Positions 20,279 through 30,210 of a stretch of DNA of 64,000 bases are shown one piece after another. Numbering within the stretch: the first letter of the stretch is position 1; each line of letters begins with the position of its first letter. The position numbers were made by a program, and so were the translations under genes. The notes under the pieces are model-generated. The model saw nothing but the letters and a program-made list of their open reading frames with translations. It was not told the DNA's origin and made no database searches. Source of the DNA: Candidatus Hodarchaeota archaeon (GTDB lineage: Archaea > Asgardarchaeota > Lokiarchaeia > Sigyniarchaeales > SOKP01); NCBI GenBank assembly GCA_048886685.1, contig JBHLKM010000012.1:81676-145675 (forward strand), in the 5' to 3' direction.

Positions 20279-20959
20279 TTATATGAAAGTAATATCTTGA
20301 TACTCAGAGTCTCCTATATCTTTTTTCGCAACTCCTAAATCTCTAACTTGTTGATTTAATTTTAGAACAGCATCTCTAACAATTTCCCTTTTTTTAGCTC
20401 CTGTACACACTATTCTGCCGGTGGAAAATATTAAAAACACCGTTTTAGGATCTTGCATACGATAGATTAATCCTGGAAACACTTCTGGTTCATACATCGC
20501 GTATTCCATAACGATGGCAGCCATATTTAAATCTATATTCGTATGAAGGTCTCCAGAGGCTACTATGTTTTGAATGGTGATTTCTGGATTAGATAATCTA
20601 ATCCCTGCCTTTCTAATATTCTTTACAACCTTATCAACAACTCTTTCTGCTTCTGCTGCCTGTCGCAATCCCGTGACTACCATTTTTCCTGTTGAAAAGA
20701 TTAATATTGTTGCTCGAGGTTTTTCAATTCGCATTACAAGTCCAGGAAAACGTTCTGGATTATATTCAACTTCTGCATGACGTCTTGCTATTTGATTAAG
20801 ATCTATTTTTTCCGTTATTTCTACAGTAACAGTTGCTACTACATTTTCTATCTTGTAATCTAAATCAGTTTCATAGTCATATTCTTCTTCTTCCTCTTCC
20901 TCAAATTCATCTTCTTCTTCCTCAAATTCTTCATCAAATTCGGTATCTTCTTCTGACAT
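20279..20959 (-). CDS. tbp: TATA-box binding protein with acidic N-terminal extension
   Basis: Two TBP repeats: ENVVA/QNIVA, YNPERFPGL/YEPEVFPGL, LIFSTGK/LIFSTGR. Confidence 0.97.
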   Translation of the reverse strand: MSEEDTEFDEEFEEEEDEFEEEEEEEYDYETDLDYKIENVVATVTVEITEKIDLNQIARRHAEVEYNPERFPGLVMRIEKPRATILIFSTGKMVVTGLRQAAEAERVVDKVVKNIRKAGIRLSNPEITIQNIVASGDLHTNIDLNMAAIVMEYAMYEPEVFPGLIYRMQDPKTVFLIFSTGRIVCTGAKKREIVRDAVLKLNQQVRDLGVAKKDIGDSEYQDITFI

Positions 20960-21175
20960 AATAATCTTAATGTGATAATTGGGATTAAAAAATTGAGAAA
21001 TAAAAAACTATTCTGTTTTACATGGTTCTTATGTTATTTGTATTTAAATAAATCTTCCTTTATAAAGGTGGTAGATTTGTTGAATGTATAAGCTTAAATC
21101 ACTAATTTCTAATAGTAATCATGACTAAATTTTTTTTTGTAAAAATTAATGAAGAAAAGAAAAAGTATCATATAG

Positions 21176-21700
21176 TTATCGATTTGTCATGTTATCTAAA
21201 ATTCGTTTCGTTAACTTAATAAAAGCTTCTTCAACATTCTGACCAGTCTTAGCAGAAGTTATAATTAAATCCATATTATTATTATTGGCAAACTGCTCTG
21301 CTTCTTTATCTGTTATTTTAATTTGACTTTTTAAATCAGACTTATTGCCTATTAATAATAGGGGTTGCTCTCCTCTTGCATTTTTAAAAGTTTCAATCCA
21401 CTCATAAAGTTTATCAAAAGTACTCCTATCTGTCAAATCAAAAATTACTAAACCGCCATTAGCACCTTCTAAATATAATCTTCTAAGGGATTTAAAAGAC
21501 TCTTGACCACCTAGATCCCATATTTGAGCAGATACCCCACCATTTATATCCATGTCTTTTTTTAGAAGATTTACACCAAGAGTTGCTTTATAATTTTCTC
21601 GGAATTTATTCTCTATAAAGCGATAGACTAATGATGTTTTACCTACATTCTTTTCGCCCAAAAGAGTTATTTTTATAACCCACTTAGGTTCTTCGTACAT
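21176..21700 (-). CDS. Rab/Ras-like small GTPase
   Basis: GEKNVGKTS, WDLGGQ, NKSD, TSAKTG. Confidence 0.95.
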   Translation of the reverse strand: MYEEPKWVIKITLLGEKNVGKTSLVYRFIENKFRENYKATLGVNLLKKDMDINGGVSAQIWDLGGQESFKSLRRLYLEGANGGLVIFDLTDRSTFDKLYEWIETFKNARGEQPLLLIGNKSDLKSQIKITDKEAEQFANNNNMDLIITSAKTGQNVEEAFIKLTKRILDNMTNR

Positions 21701-21821
21701 AATAGTTCACGTAATTTCGGAAATTAATAATTTTCTTTATATTCACAATATAGTTTATAATTATTAATAATTTTCTTATTCCATTTTAAGAATAAATTAA
21801 AAAAAGTAGAATTTGCGGCAA

Positions 21822-22301
21822 TTAGTCTTTTTGGAAAACAATCATGAAATCACAATGATTCTCACCGGTTTGTAAACTACACCCCGTCTCTTGAGCAAAA
21901 CAATGTCTTTCGGTTAGCTTCTCTACTATTCCTGCTAACACACCAGCTTCAAATGAGCAAAAACCTCCTGTCGATTTTATCCCTTTTTTAATTAAATCCT
22001 TGATAGATGAATGATCCTTCATTTTTAGCTCAATTATTTCATCTGTACTCTCTGTTATTTCAATTTCTCCTAGATTAAATTGAGAAATTATATCTTTTAA
22101 CTCATTAGGAGTTTGACTTATATCCTTTACTTGTTTTACTTTTAACGTACTGCCAAGTTCATGACCTATATAGTAGTGAATCGCTTCTAGTTGATGACCT
22201 AAAGCCAGCAGAGCTCCAACCTTCATATCCCCAATAGGTTTACCCTCTTTCAAGTTTTTTCTCATTTGAGCTAATATTTTCGAGAGCAATTGTCTATCCA
22301 T
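21822..22301 (-). CDS. V4R domain protein
   Basis: FNLGEIEI, FCSFEAGVLAGI, ETGCSLQTGENHCDF. Confidence 0.85.
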   Translation of the reverse strand: MDRQLLSKILAQMRKNLKEGKPIGDMKVGALLALGHQLEAIHYYIGHELGSTLKVKQVKDISQTPNELKDIISQFNLGEIEITESTDEIIELKMKDHSSIKDLIKKGIKSTGGFCSFEAGVLAGIVEKLTERHCFAQETGCSLQTGENHCDFMIVFQKD

Positions 22302-22386
22302 ACATTTTCACTTCTTTCATTTTAATTAATATTCTATATTATTTCTAGATTATTTTACAACTCATTTACATTTTTCATTTTATTTC

Positions 22387-22686
22387 TTATATTTTTACTG
22401 ATGAGATGAATGCGTACAGGATAGCATCAATGATTTCTTCTTCTGTAATATTTACAGATAATTTTTTATCTGCAATGATCAATGTTGGGACTGACGTAAT
22501 CCGATATTCTTGTGTAAATTGACGATTATCTTCAAGATCGATCAAAATTTTTTCAATTCTTAATTTTTTTCCAAATAATGATATATTTATTCTCTTTAAC
22601 ATTTCTTCGACTGGAAGACAAGGTGCGCAGTGATTTGACGAAAAGAACAAAATTTTTGGATAGCCTTGATTAATGTCATCGTACAT
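22387..22686 (-). CDS. thioredoxin-fold protein (CAPC)
   Basis: FFSSNHCAPC and cis-Pro motif ITSVPTLII. Confidence 0.85.
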   Translation of the reverse strand: MYDDINQGYPKILFFSSNHCAPCLPVEEMLKRINISLFGKKLRIEKILIDLEDNRQFTQEYRITSVPTLIIADKKLSVNITEEEIIDAILYAFISSVKI

Positions 22687-22689
22687 TTT

Positions 22690-23241
22690 TTAGGCTTCTT
22701 TGTATTTATGATATAAATTTTTAATTATTGCTTGAAATGCTTGAAACACACCCTGTCCGGTCTTAGCAGATGTCGTATAATATCCAAGAAAGCCTCTTTC
22801 TTCGACTATATTTTTTGCTTTCTCATCATCTAATTCATTTTCATCAATTAAATCGGTTTTATTGCCGAATAAAACAATGGGGAGATCTCCAGTATAGCTT
22901 TTAATATCTTCATGCCAATTGGGAATGTGATTAAAGCTATCGTCGTCAGTATGGCTGAATACTATTATTGCAGCTTTTGATCCTTTGTAAAATGTTGGAC
23001 GCATAAAATCAAATTCTCTTTGACCCGCAATGTCCCAAAAAAATAGTTTGCAATTGTTTCCTTCAATTTCCTCATCATATTTAGAAAATTGCGCCCCTAA
23101 AGTTTTAATATAATCCTTTTGAAAACTTCCCTGAGTATATTTTTTGATTAATGAAGTCTTCCCTACAGCTCCATCTCCGATCACAGTAATCTTAAAAACA
23201 AACCCTTTTGCAGCATCATCATTTTTACCCATTTCATTCAC
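22690..23241 (-). CDS. Rab/Ras-like small GTPase
   Basis: GDGAVGKTS, WDIAGQ, NKTD, TSAKTG. Confidence 0.95.
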   Translation of the reverse strand: MNEMGKNDDAAKGFVFKITVIGDGAVGKTSLIKKYTQGSFQKDYIKTLGAQFSKYDEEIEGNNCKLFFWDIAGQREFDFMRPTFYKGSKAAIIVFSHTDDDSFNHIPNWHEDIKSYTGDLPIVLFGNKTDLIDENELDDEKAKNIVEERGFLGYYTTSAKTGQGVFQAFQAIIKNLYHKYKEA

Positions 23242-23372
23242 TCCGTAGAATTTTAATTAGATTTTTTCCGTTTTTTATGCAATAATTTCAAAATTATTAG
23301 ATATTATTTTTTATTTATTTTTATTTGTTATTAATTTATATTAATAATAATAACTCGTTTTAAATATTTACA

Positions 23373-23825
23373 TTGAGACAGATGGCTCAAGACATAGCTG
23401 ATATGCAATTTTGTGAAAATTGTAAAATGAATGTTTTTCCAACAAGACCCAAATTCAATATCAAAATCTTTGGTATATTTGCTGTCTTGATTTCAGCTAT
23501 AATTATTCCGCCTACAATTGTATATCTTCCGATTCTATCAGGGCTTTTCATTTTTCTCTTTATAATGTGGGGTTTCATGCTTTTAAATCCTTATTTGATC
23601 TATTATGTAGTTAAAAAAAAGGAATTTTGTCCAAGATGTTTTCAAAAAGTTGTTGAAAAAAACTTGGATTATCAACCTTTTGGTGAAAAAGAACCTGAGG
23701 TCTATAAATTTATAGCTCCCCGGAAAACATCTTTTAATTGGTATTGTCCTCATTGTGGTAACTCCTTGATTGAAGGCGCAAAATTTTGCAGCTCATGTGG
23801 GAAGAAATTTGAGATTCAAAGGTGA
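23373..23825 (+). CDS. zinc-ribbon membrane protein
   Basis: CENC, two TM helices, CPRC, then C-terminal CPHCG...FCSSCG. Confidence 0.8.
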   Translation: MRQMAQDIADMQFCENCKMNVFPTRPKFNIKIFGIFAVLISAIIIPPTIVYLPILSGLFIFLFIMWGFMLLNPYLIYYVVKKKEFCPRCFQKVVEKNLDYQPFGEKEPEVYKFIAPRKTSFNWYCPHCGNSLIEGAKFCSSCGKKFEIQR

Positions 23826-24328
23826 TTGCCAATATGGATGGTTTAGAAAGAATTGAAAAAATCATTAGAACCTATTCCGCTAAGAATTTAAAGATTGCCA
23901 TTGCCGAGTCCTGTACAGGAGGATATATCTCACATATGATAACCAACATTTCTGGAGCCTCTAAAGTATTTGAAAGAGGAATTGTTTGTTACAGCAATCA
24001 AGCAAAAATCGATCTACTAAAGGTAAAACCTAATTCTCTTGAAGTACACGGAGCGGTTTCTCAAAATGTTGTAAAACAATTAGCATATAATATAAGAACA
24101 TTATCAAATGTGGATATAGGGATTGGTATTAGTGGTATTGCGGGACCAACGGGTGGTACTCCTGAAAAACCTGTTGGAACAGTCTATATTGGATTCTCAA
24201 CGGAAGAAGAAATTCAAGTTAATAGATTTAATTTTAAAGCAAATAGGATATTGTTTAAAAAATTGGTTTTAGAGAAAATCATTGAACTTTTAGAACAAGA
24301 GGTAAAAATTAATAAAAACAAGATTTAA
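23822..24328 (+). CDS. pncC: nicotinamide-mononucleotide deamidase (CinA C-terminal/PncC family)
   Basis: AESCTGG, SGASKVF, YSNQAK, GIAGPTGGTPEKPVGTV. Confidence 0.9.
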   Translation: MIANMDGLERIEKIIRTYSAKNLKIAIAESCTGGYISHMITNISGASKVFERGIVCYSNQAKIDLLKVKPNSLEVHGAVSQNVVKQLAYNIRTLSNVDIGIGISGIAGPTGGTPEKPVGTVYIGFSTEEEIQVNRFNFKANRILFKKLVLEKIIELLEQEVKINKNKI

Positions 24329-24454
24329 AATTCTAAAATAGGCTCAATGGCAAAGAATTTATTAAAATTAGTTGTTATAATTTAAATATTGAGTATAATA
24401 TTTTTTTTGTTAGAATTAATTACAATTACAACTGGATAACATAAATTATTCAAG

Positions 24455-24919
24455 ATGGTCGTTCGAGAAGCTGGATTAATATTTAGGGGTTTTACGCTAG
24501 TAAAGAAAACCTTTCATAAAACCGATAGAGGAAAAATTGATATAGATCTACGAAGTGGACTACTTGATGCTATTATGTCCTTTGCAGAATCTGCTTTTAT
24601 GGAAAGTTCCCTTGAATACTTTGAGGGTGAGAAATATATTATTGTATTTACCAAAGAAAAGATTATGTCTGATGATAGCATAGAGCCTGAAAGTTTAACT
24701 TCCTATGTTATCTTGGACAGAGAAAAAAAAACAGAGAAATATATCCATAAGATAATTCAACCTTTATTAAAAAACGTAATAAATGAATTTACAACTATAT
24801 ATACAGGAAAGAATTTATCAGAAGTTTCTCAATTTAAGAATTTTAAAAATAATTTAGATAGGATCTATGGGTCAGATACAAAAACAATCGACCAAAAACT
24901 CAAAGGGGTTTTTTCATAA
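24455..24919 (+). CDS. longin-like domain protein
   Basis: DLRSGLLDAIMSFAES helix typical of Asgard longin-like domains. Confidence 0.55.
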   Translation: MVVREAGLIFRGFTLVKKTFHKTDRGKIDIDLRSGLLDAIMSFAESAFMESSLEYFEGEKYIIVFTKEKIMSDDSIEPESLTSYVILDREKKTEKYIHKIIQPLLKNVINEFTTIYTGKNLSEVSQFKNFKNNLDRIYGSDTKTIDQKLKGVFS

Positions 24920-24959
24920 AAACATTCTTAATTAAACAACCTTAAAACTATATCTTCTT

Positions 24960-25907
24960 TTACCTTTGTGATTCCATAAGAAACCATAAAATTATTGGTA
25001 ATGCTATTGTAGCATCTGAAATAACTGTTGAATATTTTGCATTTTCATTCACTTTACCCCAGGATATAGCTTCTTGTAATGTAGCTCCACTTAATCCTCC
25101 GGATTCAGGACGATCCATTGTAATTTGAATCGCATAAGTTGCAGAATTTGGGCAAAATTGCAATGATTGCATTATAAAATTCTTCGGAACCCCACCTCCA
25201 ACAAAACAAACTCCAGCTTTTTTGGCGTCCCAAGCCAAGTTGACCATTTCTAGCATATCCTTAAAATGGTTTAAATTTATCTTTTGATTGTGGATTCCTA
25301 TTTGCATAGCAAGACCTGAATCTGTGAAGGCAGGACAAAAAATTGGCACTTTTTTCTGTTCACAAATTTTTAGGATAGATTGAGACTCTTTTGGAAGTTG
25401 TTCACCGAGAAATCTCAAGAATGAGCTAACGGACATTTGAGAATCAGGAATCTTCAGATTTGAAATAAAATCTTCAATCCCTTTATACACCTTATTTGGC
25501 ATAAGTACATCATAAATTCTATTCATTTCAGCTTTATGCAAATCTGAATCATTTAAATCACTTGGATTAAAAGATCCTCCTTGTAAATGGTGATATCCTA
25601 AAGCTTCTGCTAGGTCATGAGTTAAGTTTGCACCTGTAGTCACTAAAATATCAATAAATCCTTCTTTTATGAAATCATACACTACTTTTTGCATTCCAGC
25701 AGGAACAAGAGCTCCTGCTAAACCGAAGAACTTTATGCATTCCTCATCATTTATCATTTCTCTATAAATTTCACACGCTAGAGCTAATCTCTTGGCATTA
25801 AATCCAGTATTTTTTAATGAATTTATAAGGCTTAAAATATTCGTTTCATTTGTTATTTCCAACTGATTTACTTTTTTTAGAATATCTTCTAAATTTTTCT
25901 CTGGCAT
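24960..25907 (-). CDS. dys: deoxyhypusine synthase
   Basis: TTGANLTHD, NRIYD, PAFTDS, GGGVPKNF, GGLSGATLQEAISWGK. Confidence 0.95.
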   Translation of the reverse strand: MPEKNLEDILKKVNQLEITNETNILSLINSLKNTGFNAKRLALACEIYREMINDEECIKFFGLAGALVPAGMQKVVYDFIKEGFIDILVTTGANLTHDLAEALGYHHLQGGSFNPSDLNDSDLHKAEMNRIYDVLMPNKVYKGIEDFISNLKIPDSQMSVSSFLRFLGEQLPKESQSILKICEQKKVPIFCPAFTDSGLAMQIGIHNQKINLNHFKDMLEMVNLAWDAKKAGVCFVGGGVPKNFIMQSLQFCPNSATYAIQITMDRPESGGLSGATLQEAISWGKVNENAKYSTVISDATIALPIILWFLMESQR

Positions 25908-25912
25908 CTATA

Positions 25913-26818
25913 TCAATGAAAACTTTTACTTCTAATAAAATACATAAATTCAACAATCAATTTTGCTGCCAAAATGCATGTCATTTTATTTTCCAAATCT
26001 AAATTTGGGGCAACTTCAACTAAATCAAACCCTATAACATCAAAATCTTCTGTTATTTCTTTCAAAATTTTCCACATATCGCGATAAGAAAAACCACCAG
26101 GTATTGCATAACCCGTACCAGGAGCAATCGAAGGATCTAAAACATCAATGTCAATTGAAACATATAGACTATTAACATTTGATTTTTTGAAAAAATCCTT
26201 GATACCATTAATGTAATAATCTAATCCATCAATGATATGATAAGCATTAAGGTATTTGATATTTTCCGAATTAGCTAAGTTATATTCCTCAATGTCAATA
26301 TCACGAGTGCCAACAATTAACAAATTATTATTATTAACATAATCTAAGTCATAAATTCTATGAGAAATAGTTGCATGGGAATAGACTCCTTTATCCCATT
26401 CTTGATAAAAATCTAAATGAGAATCGAAAATTAACACGCCAAAATCTTCTCTTTTCTTAGTATGATCACCAACAACTTTTACGATTGGATATGTACAGAA
26501 ATGATCTCCCCCTATCATAATAGGGATAATCTTCTCATTCTTTTCATATAAATTTTTAAGAAAACTTTCAATAGAAATAAGATTTTTTTCTACATCTCTC
26601 GGTTCAATTGTCACATCTCCCACATCAACAGCTTTAAAATCAGGTATATGAAATCCCATTTCTGTTGTATAACCAATATCTTCTGTAATATTCCTTATAT
26701 GTTTAGGAGCGATCGAAGAATTAGGTAAAACTGTAGATGTTAAATAATCCCATGGTATACCAAAAACTACGTATTTTGTATCCTTTTTAATTTGATTCCC
26801 AAAATTAAAAAAATTCAT
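25913..26818 (-). CDS. speB: agmatinase (ureohydrolase)
   Basis: GGDH, DSHLD, SHAT, SIDIDVLDPSIAPGTG, DLVEVAP. Confidence 0.88.
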   Translation of the reverse strand: MNFFNFGNQIKKDTKYVVFGIPWDYLTSTVLPNSSIAPKHIRNITEDIGYTTEMGFHIPDFKAVDVGDVTIEPRDVEKNLISIESFLKNLYEKNEKIIPIMIGGDHFCTYPIVKVVGDHTKKREDFGVLIFDSHLDFYQEWDKGVYSHATISHRIYDLDYVNNNNLLIVGTRDIDIEEYNLANSENIKYLNAYHIIDGLDYYINGIKDFFKKSNVNSLYVSIDIDVLDPSIAPGTGYAIPGGFSYRDMWKILKEITEDFDVIGFDLVEVAPNLDLENKMTCILAAKLIVEFMYFIRSKSFH

Positions 26819-26843
26819 GTGATTTTCCTACTTTCTAATATTG

Positions 26844-28559
26844 TTACATATTTTCTAAAGTCTCAATTCCTAGGATGTTTAATCCTATTTTAATGACAAT
26901 CTGAACACATTTTATCAACAATAACCTAGCTCTTTCCATTTGCTTATCATCAGAAATAACAGGGCATACACTATAAAAAGAATTGAAAGTCTGGCATAAG
27001 TTTAAAAGATATTGAGGAATTAAATGAATATTATAGCTCTGAGCCGCTTCTTCAATAATTTCAGGAAAGTAATTCAAATGCTTTATCAAATTTTGTTCAG
27101 TTTCATGATTAAACAAATCCCAGTTGATATCTAAATCGATGTTTTCCTTTGATTTTGATATTATCGATTCGATTCGTGCAAAACAGTATTGTATATAAGG
27201 ACCTGTTTCTCCTTCGAAAGAGATACTTTCTTTTGGATTAAAAACAAAATCAGATTTAAGATTAAACTTTAAGATGAAAAAGGTTAATGCTCCCATGCCT
27301 ATAACCTTCGCTCTAATCTTTTTTTCTTCTTTACTAAGGTTATGATATCTCTTATCTACTTCGTTATATGCTAGATCGAGCACTTCCTCAATAATATCAT
27401 CTGCATCAACAATATTTCCCTCTCGACTTTTCATTCTCCCTTCTGGGAGATGTATCATGCCATATGATAAATGAAAATTATCTTCTTTGAATCCAATCAT
27501 TTCTAAAACTTTAAACAATTGCTTAAAATAAAGATTCTGTTCATTCGCAACGACATATAAAGATCTATCATAATTAAAATCTTGTTTTTTAAGATATGCA
27601 AGGTAGATATCTTGAGTAATATAAATAGAAGTACCATCACTTCGGAGCAAAATTACATTTGGAATGTTATATTCTTCCTCTAAATCAGCATAAATTGCAC
27701 CATCTTCAGTTTTTTTAAAAATTCCTTTCTCTAAATTTTCAAGTATGATTTTTCTTCCTTTAGTATAAATATCTGATTCATTATATTCCTTGATGAATTT
27801 TAAATCAAAATTTTTAAAGGTTTCTTCGAAGCCTTCTAGAGCCCAATTTCTCATTTTCTCCCAAAGAATTCGAGTTTCTGGATCTTCAGCTTCCCATAAG
27901 CGTAATAATGTATAGGCTTCATTTATTAAATTTTCGTCCTTTTCTGCCATTTCACTGTATTTCAAATAAAAATCTCCTGCAAAATGATCAGACTTTTTTG
28001 TTGGTTCTTGATTATTTCCCCATTTTTTGTAAGCTAGCATAGATTTACAAATATTAATCCCTCTGTCATTTCTTAAGTTAACCTCGAATACTTCTTGCTT
28101 TTTATATCGCAATAAATTTGATATCGAAGTGCCTATCAGTATATTTCGTACGTGCCCTAAATGGAGTGGATGGTTAGTATTAGCAGAAGGATATTCTATC
28201 ACAATTCTTAATGGTTTCTTACTTTTTTCCCCTAAAACTTCATAAATCCTTCCATAATCATTTTTCAATTCAAAAATATTCTCTAAAACAATTGAAGGCT
28301 TAAGTTTAAAATTCAAATATGGTCCTATTGCTTCAATTCGTTCAATAAAATCTGGTGAAGTTAACTCTTTTGCTAACCTTTGAGCAATCTGCTTTGGATT
28401 CTTCTTTTCAATTTTACTTAATCGATACACCGGAAATGCATAAGAAAAACTAATGTCTGGTGGAGGAATTTCTATAGTATCTTCAATTTCCTCTAAAGAT
28501 AGATTAGTAATATGATTTGCAAGAAATTCTGCGATAGTGGATTTGTCGATAATTTTCAT
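26844..28559 (-). CDS. argS: arginyl-tRNA synthetase
   Basis: EYPSANTNHPLHLGHVRN, RSDGTSIY, MKSREG, GETGPYIQY, ending ENM. Confidence 0.97.
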   Translation of the reverse strand: MKIIDKSTIAEFLANHITNLSLEEIEDTIEIPPPDISFSYAFPVYRLSKIEKKNPKQIAQRLAKELTSPDFIERIEAIGPYLNFKLKPSIVLENIFELKNDYGRIYEVLGEKSKKPLRIVIEYPSANTNHPLHLGHVRNILIGTSISNLLRYKKQEVFEVNLRNDRGINICKSMLAYKKWGNNQEPTKKSDHFAGDFYLKYSEMAEKDENLINEAYTLLRLWEAEDPETRILWEKMRNWALEGFEETFKNFDLKFIKEYNESDIYTKGRKIILENLEKGIFKKTEDGAIYADLEEEYNIPNVILLRSDGTSIYITQDIYLAYLKKQDFNYDRSLYVVANEQNLYFKQLFKVLEMIGFKEDNFHLSYGMIHLPEGRMKSREGNIVDADDIIEEVLDLAYNEVDKRYHNLSKEEKKIRAKVIGMGALTFFILKFNLKSDFVFNPKESISFEGETGPYIQYCFARIESIISKSKENIDLDINWDLFNHETEQNLIKHLNYFPEIIEEAAQSYNIHLIPQYLLNLCQTFNSFYSVCPVISDDKQMERARLLLIKCVQIVIKIGLNILGIETLENM

Positions 28560-28741
28560 TATTCTTCTTTCTTGTTCAATTATGGTTCTTATATGATAAA
28601 GATTAAAACTTTTATCCGTTTTGTAAAATAAATTTCTGATACCACATAAAATTTTTCATTGAAGTATTATCATCTTTTAAAGAAAATCTAGATTGGATTG
28701 CGGGATTCATTCGAGTATTAAAATAAATCTTTAGGAGTTAT

Positions 28742-29473
28742 TTATCTAAAAGGAGTAACCTCAATCGTTTTTTCTCTTATATTCTTCCGATTTAAAATTT
28801 TTTCCTTCATTTTTGGTATAATCCTATCAAAAATAATATATAAATACGGAATGCCTTGATTAGTTAAAATTAGAGAATCATATACAAGTAAGTCAATTCC
28901 ACTTGGCCTGATTCCAGTAAAAAGTAAATAAGATTCCATCATAAAGGAAAGCATAACCCCAACCCAAAAAATAAAAATAATTCTTTTATAACTATATCCC
29001 AAAATTAATAGGAGTAAATATCCAATAATTACTGTTGAAATTTCAACAATTCTTAGGTGTTTCATATGCCTAATCGTAATAATTTCAGTGTCATTTAGAG
29101 GTAAGATTTGAGACAACCCAGCAATCACAAGCCAACCCCCATATAAAAAAAAAGTCCATAATAGTACTTCCTTCATATTTTCTTTTTCGAACATAATCAT
29201 AACCCAACTAAAAGCAAGTAATCCATAACTAAAATCCATCATAAAATCTACCGCAATTTTTAGATCAGGGGGACTAATCTCTCGAATGCCGGTATTCCAC
29301 CATACTATTCCATCTATTATTAAAAAAAGTAAACCACATAATAAACCAACAATAAGAGGGATTTCCTTTTTTTGTATTATTAAAATTGAAATAAATAGAA
29401 TAAAAAAAATTAAATCAAAAATAAGATAATCCAAATCAAAAATCCTAACAACATCATAAGTAACTCGCATCAT
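28742..29473 (-). CDS. hypothetical multi-pass membrane protein
   Basis: About 7 hydrophobic segments. Confidence 0.75.
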   Translation of the reverse strand: MMRVTYDVVRIFDLDYLIFDLIFFILFISILIIQKKEIPLIVGLLCGLLFLIIDGIVWWNTGIREISPPDLKIAVDFMMDFSYGLLAFSWVMIMFEKENMKEVLLWTFFLYGGWLVIAGLSQILPLNDTEIITIRHMKHLRIVEISTVIIGYLLLLILGYSYKRIIFIFWVGVMLSFMMESYLLFTGIRPSGIDLLVYDSLILTNQGIPYLYIIFDRIIPKMKEKILNRKNIREKTIEVTPFR

Positions 29474-29722
29474 CTATAACTCCCCAGAATAACCATTTAA
29501 ATGAGCCATAAAATCAATCCCCTCATACTTTCTAATAATTGTTTAAAAAACTGGTGAAATTAAAAATTTACCATTTTATTCTTTTAACTCATGAAATGGT
29601 TTTAACTTAAAAGAACTAGCATGATGTTAAATTTATCCTTAAAAGAAGATTAAAATAGTATTAATTTTATAATTAATATCAAAGAAAATTAGAATCTTAA
29701 GTTATCAGAATAACTCCTTAAT

Positions 29723-30082
29723 TTGGGTGTAAATATGGCTGAAAAAAAAGGTAATTTTATGTTAAAATGGAATGATGAAGCCGGCCAATTTCTTCCCTTA
29801 GAATCTGATTCAGATATGAACGATGGTATATTCTTAGAATTAGTTGAAGAAGAAGATATATGGAAATTTTTCTATATAAAAGGTGCTTCTTTAATCGCTA
29901 GACGCACATCGCTCAGAGTTGCAAATGGAATAGCAAAAACGGGTTATGTTCATCCACAAACTAATTTGCGCTACGGAGTTGAATGTAAATTAGAGGAAGA
30001 GCTTTCGCCCTATGAAGACATGCCCGAGAATCTTAAAAAACCTCAAAGAACGTGGTATAAAGGCGAGTTTAGAGAATATTAA
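29723..30082 (+). CDS. hypothetical protein, possibly a single divergent gelsolin-like domain
   Basis: GIFLELVEEEDIWKFFYIKGASLIARRTSLRVANGI resembles the gelsolin strand-strand-long helix pattern. Confidence 0.4.
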   Translation: MGVNMAEKKGNFMLKWNDEAGQFLPLESDSDMNDGIFLELVEEEDIWKFFYIKGASLIARRTSLRVANGIAKTGYVHPQTNLRYGVECKLEEELSPYEDMPENLKKPQRTWYKGEFREY

Positions 30083-30210
30083 AATTATTCCTTCGAAACT
30101 TTATTATCTACTCTTTTTGTTTTACTTCCCCTCTAAATAGAGATGAATTTCGACTATTTTGTGTATTTTTAATCAAAAATATTTTAAATTTTAAAAATAT
30201 TGCAGAATCA

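Noticed and set aside
28612-28710. Short minus-strand ORF upstream of argS (MNPAIQSRFSLKDDNTSMKNFMWYQKFILQNG), checked as an Arg leader peptide
   Set aside because: Only one Arg codon and no convincing stem. It serves as a negative control for the ileS leader.
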